DNA of 64,000 bases from Polyangiales bacterium (GCA_964202905.1 CAXNJO010000016.1:8815-72814); one strand, 5' to 3'. Shown: positions 49,118 through 60,556, counted from the first letter of the stretch. Translations and numbers: made by a program. The notes: generated by a model not told the origin, from the letters alone.

Positions 49118-49849
49118 ATGACAGCACGCATCGACGGCTCGACCCGTACGCCCACGTTCTCCACCGAGTTGCCCGTGATCACGAGCGGCGGCCCCGCGAG
49201 CGACGTCGCGCGACTGCAACTCGCGCTCCTCGACCGCCAGGAAGAATCGGCGTCCACGCAGCGGCGCGCTGGACGCGAGACCGCGCGCGCGCTCGGCCGG
49301 GCGCAGGTCGCCGAACAGCGCCGCGCGGCAGACCTCCAACTCGCCGCGGGGCTCACCCGTGCGGCCGCCTCAGCAGTCAGTGCGGGAATAGACCTCGCGA
49401 GCAGCATGAAGAGCGACCGCGCCGCGGACGCGCAGTTCCGCGCCGACAACGCGGGCGCCGATGTCGCGCGCGCGAACGATGCCCGCACCGAGCCCGCCGG
49501 CCCCGGCGAGTCGGGGGCGTCCACCGTGTCCCTCGACCCGTCGAGGCGCGCGGCGGCGAAGCACGTGCACGAGGCGAGCCGCCTCAGGAACGAAGCGACG
49601 CGCATCGACGCCGCTGGCAAGGCGATCAGCGCCGGCGCGCAAGCCATCGCGGCGACACTCGACCACGCCGCTTCCCGCGCGGAAATCCGCGCCACCGAGG
49701 CTGGGCAACTGGCCGAGATCGCGCGCCAGACCGCAGACGACGCCGGCGACCACGCTGCGCAGGCAGCACGCCGCAGCGACCGGCTCATCGAGTCGCTCTC
49801 CCAAATCGCGCAGGCCCGCGCCGAGGCGATGCGCAACGCGACCGCCTAA
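49118..49849 (+). CDS. Putative minor T3SS translocator (SctB; YopD/BopD/SseD-like)
   Basis: VARLQLALLDRQEE...RAQVAEQRRAADLQLAAGLTRAAASAVSAG, C-terminal coil ending LIESLSQIAQARAEAMRNATA. Confidence 0.55.
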   Translation: MTARIDGSTRTPTFSTELPVITSGGPASDVARLQLALLDRQEESASTQRRAGRETARALGRAQVAEQRRAADLQLAAGLTRAAASAVSAGIDLASSMKSDRAADAQFRADNAGADVARANDARTEPAGPGESGASTVSLDPSRRAAAKHVHEASRLRNEATRIDAAGKAISAGAQAIAATLDHAASRAEIRATEAGQLAEIARQTADDAGDHAAQAARRSDRLIESLSQIAQARAEAMRNATA

Positions 49850-50045
49850 CGCGCGCCCCCGACACCACCCCTCGAGCGCGTTCCGCGCGCCGCCCCCTCA
49901 GGGCGACGCGCAACGCGCCCCCTCGACGCGCGCGCCCGGCATCATGGATACGTGACGCACACCGCTTCTCGAGGCGCACCCGGTCGTCCCGTGCACGCTC
50001 CCTGCTACGCCGCCACGCCCCAGGGAGCCCGGCGTGGGGGAACGC

Positions 50046-50564
50046 TCACGCGGGCGTCGCGGGGATCGGCATCGAGAGACCGAAGATCCCGAGGATCTCC
50101 TTCTCGACGCGCTCCTCCTTGACCTTGCGTGCGAGGGCGAGCTCGGTGACGAGGAGGCTGCGGGCGGTGTCGAGCAAGCGACGCTCGCCGAAGCTCAGGT
50201 CCTTGTCACCCTTGAGGCGGTAGAGGTCGCGGAGGACCTTCGCGACCTCGAACGGGCTGCCGCTCTTGAGCATGTCCATGTACTCGCGGTAACGCCGGTT
50301 CCACGGTTGCGCTTCGACGGCCACTTCGTCGCTCTTGAGGATTTGGATGACCTTGTCGGCGTCCTTCTTCGAGATGACGCTCCGCAGCCCGGCGCGCGCG
50401 GCGCCGTCCGTCGGGATCATCAAACGCATCCCGCTGTCGATCAGTTTGAGGATGTAAAACGCCTTGGGCTTGCCGGCGATCTCGCGGTTCTCGATGCCCG
50501 TGACCTCGGCGACGCCGTGCGCGGGATAGACCGCTTTGTCGCCGACCTTGAAGTGCATCTCCAT
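50046..50564 (-). CDS. cdnL: CarD/CdnL family RNA polymerase-binding transcription factor
   Basis: FKVGDKAVYPAHGVAEV, MIPT, GLRSVI, WNRRYREY, VAKVLRDL, LSFGERRLL; 172 aa, no HMGA tail. Confidence 0.92.
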   Translation of the reverse strand: MEMHFKVGDKAVYPAHGVAEVTGIENREIAGKPKAFYILKLIDSGMRLMIPTDGAARAGLRSVISKKDADKVIQILKSDEVAVEAQPWNRRYREYMDMLKSGSPFEVAKVLRDLYRLKGDKDLSFGERRLLDTARSLLVTELALARKVKEERVEKEILGIFGLSMPIPATPA

Positions 50565-50677
50565 GCGTGACCTCTCTTCTTCGCGGGTGTCCGGACATGC
50601 CGACCGTCCAAGCGGACGGTAACGGCCCCGGAAATTGGGGACAGGGGCGCCCGCGCGCGGCGGCGCACGTCCGACGC

Positions 50678-52549
50678 TCATTCGAACCGGCACTCGCCGG
50701 GGCGGCCCCATGGTGTGCCGATGAGCGCGTGACCGAGGGCGCCATCCGCCAGCCGCGTGACGCCGCTTGTCGGCGCACGAGCAAAACGCCCGGACGCGGA
50801 CGATGCGGGGAGGGGCGGCGCCGCGAGAGAAGACGCGGGGCGAGACCATGCGGTGCGCCTCCACGAACGCGGGACGCGCTCCATACGGGCGCGCGCTTCG
50901 CTGAGACACTCACCGGGGCCACACACCCGTCGCATCCGCGGATCGCCGGGGCGCGCCTTGGTCCACTGCACCGCAGTGACATTCGCGCACCCACGGAGGC
51001 CCGCGCAGCAACCTGCGCGAACTGACTCGCCCCCGGCCCCGGCGTGACGACCACACTGCTCGCCGCCACGGTACACGGCGTGTTCTCTAGCAGGGAAGCC
51101 CCCAGACGTCAACGCGATTCGATGCACGATTGTCTTTTGATTTTCAATACTTGCGCCTCGCGCAACGGGCCGCATCGGCGGGTCGGTGACAGCGGTGGAC
51201 GAGGTCGCCGGACCTAGGTCGCCCGGGTCGAGCAACTCGCGGAGTTCCCCGGCGAAGAGCACGCGCAGACCGCGCGCGACCCGCGCGGCGTCGACCGCGG
51301 TCGTGAGACGGAGCGCCTCCCCGTTGGCATGCGCATCCCGCCCCGCGCTGACCTCGAGACGCCCGGCCGCGTTCTGAAGACCGAGCGTCGCGCCGAGCGC
51401 GCTCGCGCCGACGTGCTCGATCCAGACGCGGAAGTTCTCAGCCGCACCTGCGGGGAACCGGCCACGCAAGTCGATGGTGAGGTCGAGGAGGTCCGCGCCT
51501 CGCGGGGAGACGCCGAGCGCAAGCGCGCGCGTTCCGGCAAGCAAGTTGGCGATGCCGACCCCCTCGGGGAGTTCGAGCCCGCCGGGCGCGTGAGCCACGA
51601 GCGGCGCGGCCTCGTGGGCCGCGTGGAGCAGCCCCGCATCGCGTCCCGAGAAGGCGGAGGGGCAGCGGCGCGACGTCGACGCCACGCACGCAAGCAAGGT
51701 CGCGAGCGGCTGCACGAGGGGGCCATCCGTCACCACGAGCGTGTCCGGCGCGATCGCGACCAGTTCGCGTCGCGGCCCGGCGAAGAACCCGGCGCGCCGG
51801 ACGAACGGGGCGTCCGACCGCGACTCGACCACGGCCATGCGCTCGCCAGCCTCGCGCACGACGGACTCCACGTCGAGGGGGCCGCGCGCCATCCACAGGG
51901 CGCCACCTTCGCCATAGTCCGCGTAGACGGCCTCCGTGAGCACGCGCAGATCGACGCCCGTGCGCGCGGCGAAACGCTCGAACCCGTCCGGAAGCACAAC
52001 CGACTCGAGGATGCGCGCAACGGCGGGCGAGGCCGCGAGCGCTGCGGGTCGGATCACGACGACGAAGCGCGCCCCGGCCGGAACGAGGGGCGCCAGCGCT
52101 CCGAGCGCGCGCGGCGCCGACGCGCCGTGCGGCGCCGCGGCTCGACTCGCAGGCGCCCCGCCACAGCCCAGCAGAGCGATGGCGCCGAGTAGCCCCACGG
52201 CCACGAGTAAACCGACGACGCCGCGCTGAACCACGGCGCCGCGCTGAACCACGGCGCCGCGCTGAACCACGACGCCGCGTCGAACGACGACGCCGCGCGG
52301 AACGACGGCATCCATCGCGCCGTGTACGCCATGTCGACTCTTAGCGACACCGTAGGCAGCCGAATCGAGAGGGCCCAAGGCGACTCCGTGGGCCGCCGGA
52401 AGGCGATGTGCCACGGCCCCACCGTGGGCCGCCAGAACGCGGTGACCCACGGCGACACCGTGGGCCGCCAGAACGCGGTGGCCCACGGCGACGCGTAGCG
52501 TAGCGCGCCTGCCTCTGCGGACGGCGCCGTGGGACGCGCGCACGATCAT
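50678..52549 (-). CDS. Hypothetical lipoprotein (both ends uncertain)
   Basis: Hydrophobic stretch and lipobox IALLG-C; globular core about 51230-52170; repetitive N-terminus; low-coding-like C-terminus. Confidence 0.55.
   Translation of the reverse strand: MIVRASHGAVRRGRRATLRVAVGHRVLAAHGVAVGHRVLAAHGGAVAHRLPAAHGVALGPLDSAAYGVAKSRHGVHGAMDAVVPRGVVVRRGVVVQRGAVVQRGAVVQRGVVGLLVAVGLLGAIALLGCGGAPASRAAAPHGASAPRALGALAPLVPAGARFVVVIRPAALAASPAVARILESVVLPDGFERFAARTGVDLRVLTEAVYADYGEGGALWMARGPLDVESVVREAGERMAVVESRSDAPFVRRAGFFAGPRRELVAIAPDTLVVTDGPLVQPLATLLACVASTSRRCPSAFSGRDAGLLHAAHEAAPLVAHAPGGLELPEGVGIANLLAGTRALALGVSPRGADLLDLTIDLRGRFPAGAAENFRVWIEHVGASALGATLGLQNAAGRLEVSAGRDAHANGEALRLTTAVDAARVARGLRVLFAGELRELLDPGDLGPATSSTAVTDPPMRPVARGASIENQKTIVHRIALTSGGFPAREHAVYRGGEQCGRHAGAGGESVRAGCCAGLRGCANVTAVQWTKARPGDPRMRRVCGPGECLSEARARMERVPRSWRRTAWSRPASSLAAPPLPASSASGRFARAPTSGVTRLADGALGHALIGTPWGRPGECRFE
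51084..51112 (-). promoter_or_regulatory. Candidate sigma70 promoter for cdnL
   Basis: TTGACG-N17-TAGAGA with TG extension, downstream of an AT-rich tract at 51126-51151. Confidence 0.45.
52215..52492. repeat. 18-bp (about 5x) and 36-bp (4x) imperfect tandem repeats
   Basis: acg(a/g)cgccgcgctgaacc units (VVQRGA); gcgacaccgtgggccgccagaacgcggtggcccacg-like units at 52344, 52380, 52416, 52452. Confidence 0.85.
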
Positions 52550-52559
52550 GCGCGCCGCG

Positions 52560-53645
<1,086 letters not shown>

Positions 53646-53710
53646 GGAATCTCCTGACGCGTTCGGGCGCGGCCGACTGACGGTCCGCGCGGAAAATCGA
53701 AGGTCGGGGC

Positions 53711-54985
53711 TCAGATCCCCTGCTGCCCGCGGGCGGCGCGCAGGACGAGGCGGAGCGCGACGTAGGCGGCGAGCATGCGGATGCGGTCCCGGTCACCCGG
53801 GAGACGGCGACGGTGCGTGAAGGTGACGGCGCCGTCCCGCGCGAGCGCGAAGCAGACGGTTCCGACGGGCTTCTCGGGGGAGCCGCCGCCCGGCCCCGCG
53901 ATCCCCGTGACCGCGACGGCGAGCGAGGCGCCCACGACGCGCAGCGCGCCCTCGGCCATCTGCGCGGCGACCTCCTCGCTGACGGCGCCGTGCGCGCGCA
54001 GCGTGTCGGGCTGCACGCCGAGCACGGACTCCTTGGCGGCGTTCGCATAGGTGACCGCGTCGAGGAGGAGGTAGTCGCTCGCGCCCGGGACGGAGGTGAG
54101 CATCGACCCGATGAGCCCACCCGTGCAGGACTCCGCGACCGCAAGGGTGAGGCCCGCCTCGCGCAACGCGCGGCCGACGACGAGCGGATAGGTGTCGTCG
54201 CGGCCGCCGAAGACGACCTCGGCGAGGCGGGCCTCGACGCGCGCGGCGGCGCGGCGGGCCGTGTCCTCTGCGGCAGACGCCGTCGCGCCGCGGGCGTGCA
54301 CCTTCACCTCGATCTCGGGGAAGTGCGCGCGGTAGCCGAGCGTCACGTCCGGTTCGTCCTGCTCGATGCCGGCGAGCGACTCACCCACCTGCGACTCCGT
54401 CATGCCGAAGGTGCGGAGATGAATCTGGTGGGTGTCACGCGCGGCGAGCGCGGCGACGCGCGGCACGACGCGCTCGGCGAACATGCGCCGCATCTCGGTG
54501 GGGACGCCGGGCATGAAGAAGACACGCGCGGGCGCGGCCTCGGCCGGTGCGCCGGGCGCACGGAGCGAGAGCGCGAAGCCGGGCGCGGTGCCCTCCGCGT
54601 TGGGGAGGATCTCGGCGCCCTCGGGGAAGTCGGCCTGCTTCTCGTTCGATCGGGGCATGTCGCGCTGGAACTGCGCGAAGCGGCGGCGGATCGCGTCGAG
54701 GCTCGCCTCGTCGCGCACGAGACCGACGCCCGCGGCGCGCGCGGCAGCCTCGGTAGTGAGGTCGTCCGTTGTTGGCCCGAGACCGCCCGTGCAGACGATG
54801 ACCTTCGCGACCGAAGCGAGACGGTGCAGCGCCTCGACGACGCGCCCGATGTGGTCGTCGACCGTCGCGTGCTCGAACACCGTGAAGCCGAGACCGGTCA
54901 GCTGCTCGGCGAGCCAGGCGGCGTTGGAATTGACGAGCTCACCGCGCGTGAGCTCGGTGCCGATCGAGAGGACGGCGGCAGTCAT
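53711..54985 (-). CDS. cinA: Competence/damage-inducible protein A (MoCF + PncC domains)
   Basis: [51 protein letters not shown]. Confidence 0.95.
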   Translation of the reverse strand: MTAAVLSIGTELTRGELVNSNAAWLAEQLTGLGFTVFEHATVDDHIGRVVEALHRLASVAKVIVCTGGLGPTTDDLTTEAAARAAGVGLVRDEASLDAIRRRFAQFQRDMPRSNEKQADFPEGAEILPNAEGTAPGFALSLRAPGAPAEAAPARVFFMPGVPTEMRRMFAERVVPRVAALAARDTHQIHLRTFGMTESQVGESLAGIEQDEPDVTLGYRAHFPEIEVKVHARGATASAAEDTARRAAARVEARLAEVVFGGRDDTYPLVVGRALREAGLTLAVAESCTGGLIGSMLTSVPGASDYLLLDAVTYANAAKESVLGVQPDTLRAHGAVSEEVAAQMAEGALRVVGASLAVAVTGIAGPGGGSPEKPVGTVCFALARDGAVTFTHRRRLPGDRDRIRMLAAYVALRLVLRAARGQQGI

Positions 54986-55073
54986 CGGACCCCGGGGCTG
55001 GAGGCGGGCGTGCGGAGGAGGGTGAGCATATGTGCAGTGGTCGGGTCCGTCAACCGTGTGCTATCGGCTCGCC

Positions 55074-56516
55074 ATGCAAAAGAGGCTGATTCGGCAGGTC
55101 CTCACCGGCGCGCTCGCGCTCGGCACCCCGCTCACCGTGCCCGGCGCCACGGCCCACGCGCAGACGCCACCCGCGCCCGCCGCGGCCTCCACCGCGCCGC
55201 CGACGACGCCCCTCGCGCGGCTGCCGATCGTGCGTGCGACGCTCGCGAACGGCCTTCGCGTCGTGCTCAGCCCGGACCGCACCGTGCCGACGGTCGCGAT
55301 CGCGGTCTATTACGACGTCGGCTCGCGCAACGAGGAGCCGGGCCGCTCGGGCTTCGCGCACCTCTTCGAGCACATGATGTTTCAGGGGTCGGAGAACGTC
55401 GGCAAGGGCGAGCACTTCGGGCTCGTCATGAACCGCGGCGGCTCGATGAACGGCACGACCAGCGAGGACCGCACCAACTACTTCGAGACTCTCCCGTCGA
55501 ACGAGCTCGAGCTCGGGCTCTTCCTCGAGGCGGACCGCATGCGTTCGCTCGCGATCACCGCGGAGAACTTCGAGAACCAGCGGCAGACGGTCATGGAGGA
55601 GCGGCGTCAGAGCTACGACAACCGCGCCTACGCCGCGTCCATGCTGCGCATCAACGAGCTCACGTACGGGGACTGGTTCCCCTACGCGCACTCGACGATC
55701 GGCGACATGCGCGACCTCCAAGGCGCGCCGCTCTCGGCGGTGCAGGAGTTCTGGCAGCGCTGGTACGCGCCCAACAACGCGGTGATCTCCCTCTCGGGCG
55801 ACTTCGACCCGGAGGCCACGCTCGCGCGGGTGCGCGCGTATTTCGAGCCGATCGGGCGCCGCGAGACGCCGCGCTTCGCGCCGTCGCCGCTGCCGCCGCA
55901 GGCGAGCGAGCGCGTCGACACGATGGTCGACCGGCTCGCGGAGCTGCCCGCGTTCCACGTCGCCTACCACATCCCGCCCGCGGGCGAGGCGGCGCACTAC
56001 CCGATCGAGGTGCTCGCGATGGTGCTCGGAGACGGTGAGTCGTCGCGGCTCTACCAGAAGCTCGTGAAGGAGCGGGAGATCCTCCAGGAGATCTCGGTGA
56101 GCACGGACGACCGACGCGGCCCGGACGTCTTTTCGGTCTTCGGGATCGTCGCGCAGGGTCACACGGGCGCCGAGGCCCGCGCGGTGTTCGACGAGGAGAT
56201 CGCGCGCATCGCGCGCGAGGGGATCACCGCACGCGAGCTCGAGAAGGCGAAGAACCGCCTGCGCGCCTACTTCGTGTTCGGCCTGCAGTCGAACCTCGCG
56301 CGGGCGATGCAGCTCGCGGAGTTCGAGATGTACCAGGGCAACGCCGAGCTGCTGCGCGGCGAGCTCGATCGCTACCTCGCGGTGAGCGCCGAGGACGTGA
56401 AGGGCGCGGCGGGTACGTACTTCGCCTCGACCAACCGGACCGTGCTCGACGTGCTCGTGCCGCCCGCGGAGCCGACCGCCACACCTGCCGCCGCGACGCA
56501 GGGAGGTGCACCGTGA
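55074..56516 (+). CDS. M16 family zinc peptidase, catalytic subunit, exported
   Basis: Signal peptide; LANGLRV, GFAHLFEHMMFQGS (HXXEH), NGTTSEDRTNY, LEADRM, YAPNNA. Confidence 0.92.
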   Translation: MQKRLIRQVLTGALALGTPLTVPGATAHAQTPPAPAAASTAPPTTPLARLPIVRATLANGLRVVLSPDRTVPTVAIAVYYDVGSRNEEPGRSGFAHLFEHMMFQGSENVGKGEHFGLVMNRGGSMNGTTSEDRTNYFETLPSNELELGLFLEADRMRSLAITAENFENQRQTVMEERRQSYDNRAYAASMLRINELTYGDWFPYAHSTIGDMRDLQGAPLSAVQEFWQRWYAPNNAVISLSGDFDPEATLARVRAYFEPIGRRETPRFAPSPLPPQASERVDTMVDRLAELPAFHVAYHIPPAGEAAHYPIEVLAMVLGDGESSRLYQKLVKEREILQEISVSTDDRRGPDVFSVFGIVAQGHTGAEARAVFDEEIARIAREGITARELEKAKNRLRAYFVFGLQSNLARAMQLAEFEMYQGNAELLRGELDRYLAVSAEDVKGAAGTYFASTNRTVLDVLVPPAEPTATPAAATQGGAP

Positions 56517-58179
56517 ACCGCGCGAAGTTCGGGGTGACGGCGTCGGTGCTGCTCGCGCTCGCGGGAGGGCCCGTGGGCTGCGGCGGTGGCGCGCAACAGG
56601 CGGCGCAGGGGACGACCGTGACGACGGTCGACATGGACGCGGAGGTCGTCACCGCCGAGCGCGCTGCGCAGCCGCGCGTGGCGCCGCCGGCGTCGGGTCC
56701 GGCGAGCGATCTGCGCTTCCCGGCGATCGTGCGCGTGACGACGGCGAGCGGGCTCGAGCTCGACACGGTCACGGCGAGCGCGCTGCCGGTGGTCTACTTC
56801 CGCCTCGTGGTCCGCAGCGGCGACGCAGCCGATCCCGCGGAGATGCCCGGCATGGCGCATCTCGTCGCGGAGATGCTCAAGGAGGGCACGCGCTCGCGCA
56901 GCTCGGCGAAGCTCGCCGAGGACGTGGAGTTCCTCGGCGCGAGCCTCGAGGTGTCGAGCGACGAGGAGGCGATCACGATCAGCGGGCGCTGTCTGAAGGA
57001 TCAGCTCGACCCGATGCTCGAGATCCTCGGCGACGTCGCGCAGAACCCGGCCTTCAGCCGCACGGAGCTCGCGAAGCTCAAGCGGCGCGAGCTCGATCGG
57101 CTCCAGCTGCAGCTCTCGGATCCGTCGTTCCTCGCGGCGCGCGAGGTGTACGCGGCGCTCTACGGCACGCACCCGTACGCGCACGTCGACACGACGCCGG
57201 CCGTGCTCGAGCGCGTGCAGGTCGCCGATCATCCAGCGTTGGCACCGCGCGAACTTCGTCGCCGAACAACGCCTTCCTCGTGACCGTGGGCGACGTCACG
57301 GCGGAGCAGGTCGCCGCCTCGGCCGGGCGCGTGTTCGCGCGCTGGCGCCGGCAGCCGGTGACGGACGCGACGTATCCCACGCCCCCGACGCGCAGCGAGC
57401 GGCGCATCGTCGTCGTCGACCGGCGCGACAGCGTGCAGTCGGTGATCAGCGTCGCGAACCTCGCGCTCGCGCGGCGCGATCCCGCGTACGTGCCGCTGCT
57501 CGTCGCGAACCAGGTGCTCGGCGGCTCGCCCGCGGCGCGGCTCTTCATGGATCTGCGCGAGCGCCGCTCGCTCACGTACGGCGCGGGGAGCCGCGTCGGC
57601 GAGAGCGTCGACGTCGCGCCCTTCCGCGCCTACGCGTCCGTGCGCAACGCGGTGACGGCCGAGGCCATGAGCGCGTTCATGGAGCACCTCGAGCGCATCG
57701 TCCGCGAGGCGCCGCCGGCCGACGAGCTCACGAACGCGCAGCGCTTCCTCTCGGACAGCTTCCCGCTGCGGATCGAGACGCCCGGGAAGATCGCCGACCT
57801 CGTCGCACAGCTCCGCGTGTACGGCCTGCCCGACGACTACTGGGACACGTTCCGCACGCAGATCCGCGGCGTCACGCCGGAGCAGGCGCTCGCCGCGGCC
57901 CGTCGATACATCCACGCGGACACGGCGGTGATCGTCGTGGTCGGCAAGGCCGCCGAGGTCGCCGAGCCGCTGCGCCGCTACGGCGACGTGACGATCGTCT
58001 CGCCCGAGGGCCAGGTCGGCGAGACGCTGCCGCGCGTCGCGGCGACGCGCGGCAACCCCCTAGAAAAGGGCCGTTCCGCAGGACGCTCGGCGTGCGGGGG
58101 GCGCGCCGCGGCGAACGGGCGGCGCGCGCTCACTCGAAGCGCGTGCGGACGTCGGCGCAGCCCCAGCTCTCGATGGTGA
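56513..58179 (+). pseudogene. M16 family peptidase, non-catalytic lipoprotein subunit, frameshifted (possibly sequencing error)
   Basis: Lipobox PVG-C; GMAHLVAEMLKEGT lacks HXXEH; extra bases near 57230 and 57261 break ADIQRWHRANFVPNNAFLV; RLFMDLRERRSLTYG downstream. Confidence 0.8.
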
Positions 58180-59101
58180 GGCGCAGCTCGGAGGCGCCCG
58201 AGAGGTCGAGGTTGCCGACCTTGCCGCGGATCTCCCAGGAGCGCGCGTTGGTCATCGTGAGCAGGGCGCCCGCGTCGATCGTCTGCTGCACGTCGAGGAT
58301 CTGGTCGTCGCTGCCCGCGCCGAGCGAGCTGCCGATGATCGTCCCGAGCACCGACGCGGTGCCGAAGACCCAGCCGTAGCCGTCGGCGTGCTCGGCGACC
58401 TCGGCGGCGCGGTCGGAGATGTCGTCGAGCACGCGCTGCGCGGCGGCGGTGTTCGAGGTGAGGAAGCAGGTGTAGGTGACCGTGATGTTGGAGATGCTGC
58501 GGTAGAGATCGCCCTGCCCCCACAGCGCGCTCTGGCTCGGCGGCAGGTTGAAGGTCGTCGTGCGGCGGTTGCCGGCGACCTCGCGCGGCGAGGTGAGCAG
58601 CAGCTCGGAGTGACGGCCGTCCTCGGCGCTGATGACGCAGTAGAGGTTGCGCGAGATGTCGAAGAAGCCGCGGCGGATCGAGATCTCGCGGACGCGGATG
58701 CGGAGCTGCGGGTCGGCGCAGGTCGTGTCGCTCGGCGGGACGCCGAGGCCGACGCCGCACGCGTAGTTCGTGCGGTCGCCGCTGCCGTCCGTGTTGCTGC
58801 ACTCGGGGAGCGCCTCGCTCGAGGTCGGCACCGCGAGCGCGCCCGTGCAGGTCGGCGCCATGTCGCAGACCGGGCACACATCGCAGTCGAGCGGGCAGGT
58901 CTCGCAGTCCTCGGCGCCCTCCGTGCAGAGGAGATCGCCGCAGCGCGGGACGAACGTCCCGGTGTCGGGCGCGCCCGCGTCGGGCAGGGCGGCGTCCGCG
59001 GCGCCCGCGTCGGGGCGCGTGCCGGGGGGCGAGGAGGAGGACGCGCAGCCCCCCACGAAGACGAGGGTGAGGGCGGCGGTGCGGAGGGCTCGGAGCATCA
59101 C
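58130..59101 (-). CDS. Cys-rich hypothetical lipoprotein
   Basis: Lipobox FVGG-C, DAG repeats, CGDLLC..EDCETCPLDC motif, beta-rich C-terminal domain. Confidence 0.7.
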   Translation of the reverse strand: MMLRALRTAALTLVFVGGCASSSSPPGTRPDAGAADAALPDAGAPDTGTFVPRCGDLLCTEGAEDCETCPLDCDVCPVCDMAPTCTGALAVPTSSEALPECSNTDGSGDRTNYACGVGLGVPPSDTTCADPQLRIRVREISIRRGFFDISRNLYCVISAEDGRHSELLLTSPREVAGNRRTTTFNLPPSQSALWGQGDLYRSISNITVTYTCFLTSNTAAAQRVLDDISDRAAEVAEHADGYGWVFGTASVLGTIIGSSLGAGSDDQILDVQQTIDAGALLTMTNARSWEIRGKVGNLDLSGASELRLTIESWGCADVRTRFE

Positions 59102-59194
59102 GGGGTCGAGCGTATGCGGGCGCTCCACCGAATTCCAGCGACGTGCGGGATGCGCGTCCCCGCGGACGGAGCGACGCGCGTACGCTCGACCCCG
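59101..59194. promoter_or_regulatory. Symmetric divergent promoter bounded by a 14-bp perfect inverted repeat
   Basis: cggggtcgagcgta (59101-59114) / tacgctcgaccccg (59181-59194), each at a start codon and containing TACGCT. Confidence 0.65.
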
Positions 59195-60556
59195 ATGCCC
59201 GCGTGCCGCGCGTTCGCCCCGCTCCTCATGCTCTGTCTCGCGCTCGCGGGGTGCACCGGCACCCTCGCCTCGAGCAGCCCCGGGGGCGACGGAGGCGACG
59301 CGCCCGACGCCGAGTCACGCGACGCCGAGCCCCGCGCGGACGGCGCGCCCATCGGCCCCACCGACGCGGGCGACGCCGTGGACACGGGCGTTCTCCCCGA
59401 GACCGATGGGGGCGGACCGCCGCCGCCACCGCCTCCGCCGCCACCGCCGCCCACCGAGGACATGGGCGCACCACCGGTCGACATGGGCCCGCCGCCGGCC
59501 GTCGACATGGGCGCGCCGCCGACGACGTTTCCGACCTACGAGACGGTGTTCTCGCGTCGCCCGGCCGCGAATGGGCGCGACACGACGGTCGAGGACCGGC
59601 TGGTGCAGCTGATCGACGCGGCCGTGCCCGGCTCGCGCATCCGCGTCGCGCTCTACACGTTCACGCGGACGGGCCCCGCCGACGCGCTCGGGCGGGCCGC
59701 GGCGCGCGGCGTCGACGTGAAGATCATCCTCGACGGCGGCGCGGACGGCGCGGGCTCCGAGGTCGGCACGCTCCGCACGGGGCTCGGCAGCGGGAACGTC
59801 CGCCTCTGCGACGCGCCCGGGACCGCCTGCGTCGGCTCGGGGATCATGCACCACAAGACGTTCCTCTTCTCCGCGCTCGCGGACGGATCGACGAACGTCG
59901 TCGCGCAGGCCTCGCACAACCTCACTGCAAACCAATTGCAGATGCACAACAACGCGATCATCGTGCGCGGCGACGCGACGCTCTTCGCGGCGTACGAGCG
60001 GACCTGGAACGACCTCTTCGCCGACGTCGAGATCCCCGACTACTACCGGCTCATGGACGGCGACCTCGCGACGCGCGTGTACTTCTTCCCGCGGCCGGGC
60101 GGCGGCGACACGACGGTGTCCATCCTCGACAACGTCACCTGCGATGGCACGGCGCGCATCCGCGTGGCGATGGCGTTCTTCACGGACGCGCGCCTCGAGG
60201 TCGCGCAGGCGCTGGCGCGGCGGGCTCGGGCGGGCTGCGACGTGCAGGTGATCGCGGGGGACGCGGAGATCCCGCTCGGCGGCTCGGTCGAGACGGCGCT
60301 CACCGGCGCCGGCGTGCGCCTCTTCAAGTACCCGGACCGCAGCGGCTGGGGCCTGCACTCGAAGTACATGCTGATCGACGCGGGCTACGCGGGCTCCGCC
60401 GCGCACCGGCGGCTCGTGTTCACCGGCTCGCACAACTGGACGGGGCCGGCGCTCTCGATCAACGACGAGACGATGCTGCGCGTCGAGGACGGCGGCGTGT
60501 TCGACGCGTACCTCGCGGACTGGAACCACGTGCGCCTCGAGTCCGCGCGGCCCTGA
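59195..60556 (+). CDS. Phospholipase D-like lipoprotein (two HxK motifs)
   Basis: Lipobox LAG-C, poly-Pro linker, MHHKTFLFS...ASHNL, LHSKYMLID...TGSHNWT, NDE. Confidence 0.85.
   Translation: MPACRAFAPLLMLCLALAGCTGTLASSSPGGDGGDAPDAESRDAEPRADGAPIGPTDAGDAVDTGVLPETDGGGPPPPPPPPPPPPTEDMGAPPVDMGPPPAVDMGAPPTTFPTYETVFSRRPAANGRDTTVEDRLVQLIDAAVPGSRIRVALYTFTRTGPADALGRAAARGVDVKIILDGGADGAGSEVGTLRTGLGSGNVRLCDAPGTACVGSGIMHHKTFLFSALADGSTNVVAQASHNLTANQLQMHNNAIIVRGDATLFAAYERTWNDLFADVEIPDYYRLMDGDLATRVYFFPRPGGGDTTVSILDNVTCDGTARIRVAMAFFTDARLEVAQALARRARAGCDVQVIAGDAEIPLGGSVETALTGAGVRLFKYPDRSGWGLHSKYMLIDAGYAGSAAHRRLVFTGSHNWTGPALSINDETMLRVEDGGVFDAYLADWNHVRLESARP

Noticed and set aside
52344..52492. 36-bp repeats as a CRISPR array
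   Set aside because: Contiguous, in-frame, degenerate tandem repeats without spacers
53646..53710. LexA box upstream of recA
   Set aside because: Only a partial match (ctcctgacgcgttcggg) to the myxobacterial consensus as I recall it
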